Shown here in pieces: positions 58,611-64,000 of a stretch of DNA of 64,000 nucleotides. A program made the position numbers and the translations under genes. The notes beneath the pieces are model-generated. The model was given only the letters and a program-made list of their open reading frames with translations, did no database searches and was not told the origin of the DNA. The first letter of the stretch is position 1. Each line of letters opens with the position of its first letter. Source of the stretch: Candidatus Bathyarchaeia archaeon (lineage in GTDB: Archaea > Thermoproteota > Bathyarchaeia > 40CM-2-53-6); NCBI GenBank assembly GCA_049513715.1, contig JBEKVV010000002.1, forward strand, positions 96,001 through 160,000, read 5' to 3'.

Positions 58611-60419
58611 TTGACACAGAAACTCATTCCGGATACATCAATAATTATTGATGGAAAGGTTCCGAACATTATTGCCAAAGAAGAGTCCACAGACATAGAG
58701 ATCATAATCCCTCGAGCAGTCCTCGACGAACTTCAGGCCCAGGCTTCAAAGGGCCGCGAGCCAGGTTTCGTTGGTTTGGAGGAAATCAAGAAGCTCCGAG
58801 TGTTCTGCGAGAGCAAAGGGATCAAACTCACGTTTCTGGGAGAACGGCCAGGCTTTGACGACATCAGGCTCGCACGAAGTGGACGCCTAGACGCACTCAT
58901 CACCGACGTCGCCAGAACAGAGAACGGAATTCTACTCACCGCAGACTACGTGCAGGCTCTGGTAGCGGAAGCTTCCGGCGTGCAAGTGAAGCATGTCCCC
59001 GGTATAGTCAGGACTACAGACCTAACGTTTGAGAAACTCTTCACACCCGATACCTCTAGCATTCATGTAAAGGAAGGAACGAAACCGCTAGCTAAGCGGG
59101 GTAAGCCCGGTAAGTTTGAGCTAGTAACGATCTCAGAATCGCTCAGCACAACCAGCGAGATTGAGCAGATAATTCGTGAGATCACCGAAGCCGCTAGGGC
59201 CAGCCGGGAGGGCTTTGTGGAAATCAACAGGCCGGGGGCCATGGTAATTCAACTTGGCCGCTTCCGCATCGCCATCACAAGGCCCCCACTTTCAGACGGG
59301 TTAGAGGTAACCATCGTTCGGCCGGTGGTGAGCTTGACCCTTCAAGACTACAAGCTCTCAGAAAAACTGATGGAGCGGCTTGGAACTCGCGCGGAGGGCA
59401 TCCTGATTTCAGGACCCCCAGGGTCTGGTAAAACAACTTTCGCGTCTTCATTGGCAGAATTCTATTGGAAGCAAAACAAGATCGTCAAGACACTTGAGTC
59501 ACCGCGAGATTTGCAGGTCGGCCCTGAGATTACTCAATATGGTCCGTTAGAGGGCGATTTCGAAAAGACAGCTGAGATTCTCTTGCTCGTCAGGCCTGAC
59601 TACACGGTCTTTGATGAAATCAGGAAAAGTAAGGACTTCATGATTTTCGCAGACATGCGCTTGGCTGGCGTGGGCATGATTGGTGTTATTCACGCGAGTG
59701 AAGCGATCGATGCAATTCAGCGCTTTATCGGGCGAGTTGAGTTAGGTATGATCCCGCACATAATCGACACAATCATTTTCATTCAATACGGCGAAGTGCG
59801 AAACATATACACGCTAAACCTAACCGTAAAGTGTCCCACAGGCATGACCGAGGCCGACCTCGCTAGACCTGTAGTTGAGGTTCAAGACTTCGAAACAGGA
59901 GCTCTGCAGTTCGAAATTTACACTTTCGGAGAAGAGAACGTAATCATCCCAGTTTCGGACGCGAAGCCAGCAACAAGTGGCGCGCGGAAGCTTGCTGAAG
60001 AACGGATTCTGCAGGAAATCAGAAAGTTCGACCCTGACGCGGAAGTCAAAATGGTCTCAGACAACAGAGTCCAAGTACGCGTGGATAACGAAATCGTGCC
60101 AATCATCATCGGAAAGAAGGGCGTAACCGTCACCAAACTCGAGGAGAAGCTTGGCGTTAAGATCGACGTTGAACCTCTCGCAGCGAACGTGTCAGGAAAA
60201 GAGGTACGCTATGAGATCAAGGAAGTGGGTAACCGTATTGATCTGGTCTTCGGCGAAGAACTCACAGGTGAGGTGGCCAATGTCTACGTCGGGGACGAAT
60301 ACCTTTTCTCCGCAACCATCGGCAAGAGAAGCCAGATTCACGTTTCAAAGAAATCTGATTTGGGACGCAGCCTTCTAAGAGGTCTGGTTTCCAAGCAACG
60401 AATCAGGGTCATGATTTGA
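58611..60419 (+). CDS. PIN-ATPase-KH protein (PINA, Holliday-junction branch-migration ATPase family)
   Basis: PDTSIII PIN, GPPGSGKT, ESPRDLQ, RPDYT.FDE, IIGKKG KH. Confidence 0.92.
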   Translation: MTQKLIPDTSIIIDGKVPNIIAKEESTDIEIIIPRAVLDELQAQASKGREPGFVGLEEIKKLRVFCESKGIKLTFLGERPGFDDIRLARSGRLDALITDVARTENGILLTADYVQALVAEASGVQVKHVPGIVRTTDLTFEKLFTPDTSSIHVKEGTKPLAKRGKPGKFELVTISESLSTTSEIEQIIREITEAARASREGFVEINRPGAMVIQLGRFRIAITRPPLSDGLEVTIVRPVVSLTLQDYKLSEKLMERLGTRAEGILISGPPGSGKTTFASSLAEFYWKQNKIVKTLESPRDLQVGPEITQYGPLEGDFEKTAEILLLVRPDYTVFDEIRKSKDFMIFADMRLAGVGMIGVIHASEAIDAIQRFIGRVELGMIPHIIDTIIFIQYGEVRNIYTLNLTVKCPTGMTEADLARPVVEVQDFETGALQFEIYTFGEENVIIPVSDAKPATSGARKLAEERILQEIRKFDPDAEVKMVSDNRVQVRVDNEIVPIIIGKKGVTVTKLEEKLGVKIDVEPLAANVSGKEVRYEIKEVGNRIDLVFGEELTGEVANVYVGDEYLFSATIGKRSQIHVSKKSDLGRSLLRGLVSKQRIRVMI

Positions 60420-60422
60420 AAG

Positions 60423-61685
60423 TCAGGAGACTAGCACCTTTACGTTGGAATCGGCCAGTTTGCGGGCATACGCCTCAATCTCCTTGGCCAATGTGTTAAT
60501 CTGCTCGTCGAGTTTGCGTTCGCTATCCCGCACTCGTTGGAGCTCTGCCTGCAACTCCTCCTTCAGGTTACGGGTTGCCCGGCCTTTCTTGAGTAATTCA
60601 CGGTATCTTTGTACGAGGCTGGATGTTTCAGCGTCAGCCAATTGGTCATCGTGAACGCGTTTGAGTTCCTTCGCTTGAGCGTGAATCTTTGCGAGAAGGT
60701 CCCCTGATACAACTTGCTCCGCTCGCTCAACGACTTTCTTCGCCTCGCGTTGCTTGAGCGCTAATTTGCCACTTGATACTGCCTTCGATAGAGCGGACAT
60801 TACGGCCTTCAGGCCTGGTAATCCGTCCTGCTCTTTCAGGAATGTGGCGAAAGGTTTCCTAGTGTACTCCTTGGCTCGTTCGCGGACTTCAATCGGAGTC
60901 GGGTATTCGCCGCGCTCGGATATTGACATGAGCCTCTTGAGTGGCCTCCCGAGCCTGCTGAACCCGGTTCTTAGCAGTTCGCTTCTGAGGTCGCGCAGTT
61001 GAGCGTCGATTTGCATGTAGTCTTTGATTTTCGGGTTCTGGCGTATTCTTACTGCCTCCTGCTTGAGCGAGTCTATCTCTGTTTGGGCTTCCTCAAGTTT
61101 CCCTTCAGCTGCGTTCTTCTGTGCAGTTATGGAATCACGTGTGCCCTGGACCCGGGTTAGTGATTCAATTCTTGTATCGAGGTCTTCTAGTGAGTGAAGG
61201 AGTGCGCCGCGGCCGATTAGGAATGTGTGGAGTTCGTCGCTGAGCCGCCGAACTTTGTCTATGTTGCCGCCTAGTGTCATCATGTCGAGGATGTAGTATG
61301 GCCTGATCTGGTGAAGCCATTCTTCTCTGACTCTAGCGGCCTCCGTGGCGAACTTCGATGTATCCCGCTGGAGGGCTCTGAGGCTGACCGTATCCTTCAC
61401 TACGGGAACATTGACGCCCGTGCATATCCCTGAGATGATGCTCGTCAGGCGTCCAACGGCCTTAGCCGCTCTATACTGTGCCCTATTGTCGCGCTTCGAT
61501 TCCATATCCTGTTCGGATTTGCGACCCAGTTGCGCGCAATATTCCGGGAGAGAAGTCAAGACGCGACTTGTCTCGGTCAAGAGTTTATCGCTCTCTCTTT
61601 CTACATGTGCAAGTTCGGATGAGATGGACTTCCGGACCCAGTCGCGTAGTTTGCTTACTGGAACTTGTTCGGTCATTGAGGACAC
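60423..61685 (-). CDS. Long coiled-coil hypothetical protein
   Basis: Heptad-rich, FSRL.RPL.R motif, no Walker motifs. Confidence 0.75.
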   Translation of the reverse strand: MSSMTEQVPVSKLRDWVRKSISSELAHVERESDKLLTETSRVLTSLPEYCAQLGRKSEQDMESKRDNRAQYRAAKAVGRLTSIISGICTGVNVPVVKDTVSLRALQRDTSKFATEAARVREEWLHQIRPYYILDMMTLGGNIDKVRRLSDELHTFLIGRGALLHSLEDLDTRIESLTRVQGTRDSITAQKNAAEGKLEEAQTEIDSLKQEAVRIRQNPKIKDYMQIDAQLRDLRSELLRTGFSRLGRPLKRLMSISERGEYPTPIEVRERAKEYTRKPFATFLKEQDGLPGLKAVMSALSKAVSSGKLALKQREAKKVVERAEQVVSGDLLAKIHAQAKELKRVHDDQLADAETSSLVQRYRELLKKGRATRNLKEELQAELQRVRDSERKLDEQINTLAKEIEAYARKLADSNVKVLVS

Positions 61686-61758
61686 TGAGGTCTGCGGATG
61701 AGAGTGGTCGCAGGTATGACCGTGTCTTTTGGGTATAAGTGGGTTGTTTTCGGGGAGC

Positions 61759-63474
61759 CTAACGGGCTTCTTCTCGCAACGTTATCAGAATCGTTTCCAT
61801 GGTTTCTTGCGCTCGGTCAATGCGCTTGTTTATGTCTTTGACCATGGAATCGTAGGTTTCCCGCGTGAACTTTGCAGCCCTGTATTGGCCCCTTATTTGA
61901 TTCATGCTTGCTCGTGAAGCGTCTATTTCGGCCTCTGCTCGGTCGATTCTGCGTATCAAATCCTCGTACCTTGAACTGATTCCGCGTAGCTCGCTCTTCA
62001 CTTCCATCAAGGATTTGTTCAATTCGTCGAGCCTTAGTTCCATCACTTTCGATCTCCTTCTAAACTCGTGCTTGACCAAGCTTCCCCTGCTCACGTCCTC
62101 ATCCATTATGACTAACTCTCGAGTCAATGCAAGCCTCTCGTCATAGAGGCCAACAAACTCTCGAAGCCTTTCAACGGGGATTGGGACTTCCACCTCAGGG
62201 CCGCGTTGGATTTTGAGGACCACCGCTGCTGCGAAGATGATTATTTCGAGCGCAAGTATCCAAGGTAAGACTGGGAAGGCTGCCCAGAATGCTGAGTAGC
62301 TGAATGTCAACCCGAACGAAAGGGGATTGAGGTCGGTGACTCTTTGAAGGTTAATCGTTCTGTCGTTCTGTCCGATTTGAATGGGGTTTGCAACGGGTGA
62401 TTGCGGGATCGTCTTCAACTCACTGAGTTTGAACCCGCTCGGCGCATCAATATTGACTGTTGCTTTGTCGAATATGAAGTCGTCTTGGTTGTTGAGAAAA
62501 CTCAGTGTGAGGTTGTAGGTTCCCCACCAGTTCAACTGTTTCAGGTACTTTGACTGTGGAAGGTTGTATGTTAGAGTGAAGTTGAATGATTCTTGCGTCC
62601 TGATGCCTGAGCCATACCTTGGTGACACTGTGACTTGTGCTGGGATGCCGGGGGTTTGGGGAGTAGTCCACAGGGCGCCAACCACGTCATACGCCATTAC
62701 ATTGTTCGCACCGTCGGGTAGGGTTATCGAAAAAGCTGTAACATCTGTCGAAGGGTTGTAGATGTAATACTGATCCTTCACGCGTAGTGAGCCGTCGTTG
62801 CCAATCATTATGTCTCGTTGCGCCCATCTTATGTTAAGGATGTCCTGGTTGACGGTGGCATAGGGCGCAACAAACTCTTCCTTCGAGTAGGCCTTCCATG
62901 GCGCATAATAGCGAACCGCAGCTGGGATACCCGCAACATCAGTTACTCCGTAGGTCGTGTTGAGGGGGAACTTGAAGTTGGACGCGGAGGCAGAGATGAA
63001 AGTGACGTTCGCCAGGTGTGCATCTTGCGTCAGAACGGGGGCCGCTGTAAAGTTAAACTCAAACCCACCTGAAACTGGGGTTATGACGTTTCCAAGAACT
63101 GACGATACTGTGAAGAAATATCTCTGTTCAGAGGTAAGGTCATTCGCGAAGTGGACCCGCATCATATAGAAGTCTGATGTCTGGTTCACGTCAGGATCTA
63201 TGGTAAGCTCGTGTCCTTGGTTGTCCTTTGCGTCAACGTAGTACACGTTGTTTTGGAATTTACGGGCAAAACCTACATCAAGGTATGAAACGGGTGTGGT
63301 TCCATTATTGAGTAACTTGAAGTCGTCGGTAACATGCACGACACCGTATTGCCCGCTCTTCATTGTGCGCACTATGTCTATGACGAGTTTAGGTTGATCT
63401 TGCGCATGAAGCGGAACCACAACCGTGGCGGCAACCATTAGCAATAGGAATGCTACGATGATTTTGGACTTCAA
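61759..63474 (-). CDS. Single-pass membrane protein with ribophorin-I-like architecture
   Basis: Signal peptide, two beta-rich repeats (R.......G...V.D.....N), TM, cytoplasmic coiled coil. Confidence 0.6.
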   Translation of the reverse strand: MKSKIIVAFLLLMVAATVVVPLHAQDQPKLVIDIVRTMKSGQYGVVHVTDDFKLLNNGTTPVSYLDVGFARKFQNNVYYVDAKDNQGHELTIDPDVNQTSDFYMMRVHFANDLTSEQRYFFTVSSVLGNVITPVSGGFEFNFTAAPVLTQDAHLANVTFISASASNFKFPLNTTYGVTDVAGIPAAVRYYAPWKAYSKEEFVAPYATVNQDILNIRWAQRDIMIGNDGSLRVKDQYYIYNPSTDVTAFSITLPDGANNVMAYDVVGALWTTPQTPGIPAQVTVSPRYGSGIRTQESFNFTLTYNLPQSKYLKQLNWWGTYNLTLSFLNNQDDFIFDKATVNIDAPSGFKLSELKTIPQSPVANPIQIGQNDRTINLQRVTDLNPLSFGLTFSYSAFWAAFPVLPWILALEIIIFAAAVVLKIQRGPEVEVPIPVERLREFVGLYDERLALTRELVIMDEDVSRGSLVKHEFRRRSKVMELRLDELNKSLMEVKSELRGISSRYEDLIRRIDRAEAEIDASRASMNQIRGQYRAAKFTRETYDSMVKDINKRIDRAQETMETILITLREEAR

Positions 63475-63576
63475 CCTCAGCTTAGCTCCGCTTTCATCGG
63501 GTTACCGCGATTAGACTGCCCCGTCAATGCGAAGTTCAATATTTATTCATTCTGCTAAGGCCGGGCACTATCAAAA

Positions 63577-64000
63577 TCACAAGAATTTCGAGCGCCAGTC
63601 ATCAGGGACATCCCGCAGCTTCTTTGCAGGGATTCCAACGAAAACTGTTTTGGGCGGAACATCCGAGTTGACCATGGCTTGGGATCCGATAACCGCACCT
63701 TCACCGACCGTCACACCTGGGAACAGGAGTGCATTGGCGCCGATGCTTGCCCCTTTCTTGACTGTCGGTCCAACCAACCTGAAGGGCTTTTGGGCAACAT
63801 ACTTGTCGTTTGTGAAAACGCAACAGGGACCCAGAAAAACAGCGTCTTCGACCGTGGAAAAAGTGCATATGTAGACGCCCGTCTGAACGGAGACTTTGGC
63901 GCCTATCTTACTCCACCCGTCCACCACGGTGTTCGTTCCGAGCTTTGACCCACTCCCAATGCTCACTTCCTCTCTAACCATGACGTTGTGGCCGAACTGG
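63577..64000 (-). CDS. Hexapeptide-repeat N-acetyltransferase (WbpD-like), 5' truncated by window
   Basis: VFLGP..VFTND, GASIGANA..PGV.VGE.AVIG. Confidence 0.9.
   Translation of the reverse strand, partial: QFGHNVMVREEVSIGSGSKLGTNTVVDGWSKIGAKVSVQTGVYICTFSTVEDAVFLGPCCVFTNDKYVAQKPFRLVGPTVKKGASIGANALLFPGVTVGEGAVIGSQAMVNSDVPPKTVFVGIPAKKLRDVPDDWRSKFL

Noticed and set aside
1..64000. CRISPR array, cas genes, rRNA, reverse transcriptase
   Set aside because: No regularly spaced repeats or diagnostic motifs seen; the many antisense ORFs within called genes are treated as shadows.

Overview
Archaeal chromosomal window; gene content (rpl40e, archaeal AspRS, PINA ATPase, intron-containing tRNA-Val, NusA-like KH protein, RtcB) suggests a TACK lineage, plausibly Bathyarchaeia (inference). 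A metabolic and housekeeping backbone (2-oxoacid dehydrogenase E1b/E2, Zn dehydrogenases, acetate-CoA ligase-GNAT, TldD/PmbA, sucCD, Fe-S assembly, hsp20) is interrupted by two accessory regions: a ~13.5 kb tyrosine-integrase island (~18.8-32.3 kb) rich in small zinc-finger, wHTH and membrane genes, and an IS6-like transposon pair at 49.8-53.7 kb. The main discovery, read directly from the sequence, is a family of cargo-carrying IS6-like transposons sharing a 24-bp terminal inverted repeat (consensus GGTAACGTnAmnTynnmGkTTGnT) and 8-bp target duplications. It includes an intact element (50968-53715, TSD TTACGTAA), a decayed relative whose right end abuts the same 8-mer immediately upstream of hsp20, and a transposase-free 1876-bp cassette (28089-29964, TSD CGCGCGGC) carrying a HEPN gene. 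All family assignments come from motif recognition by eye, not database searches.
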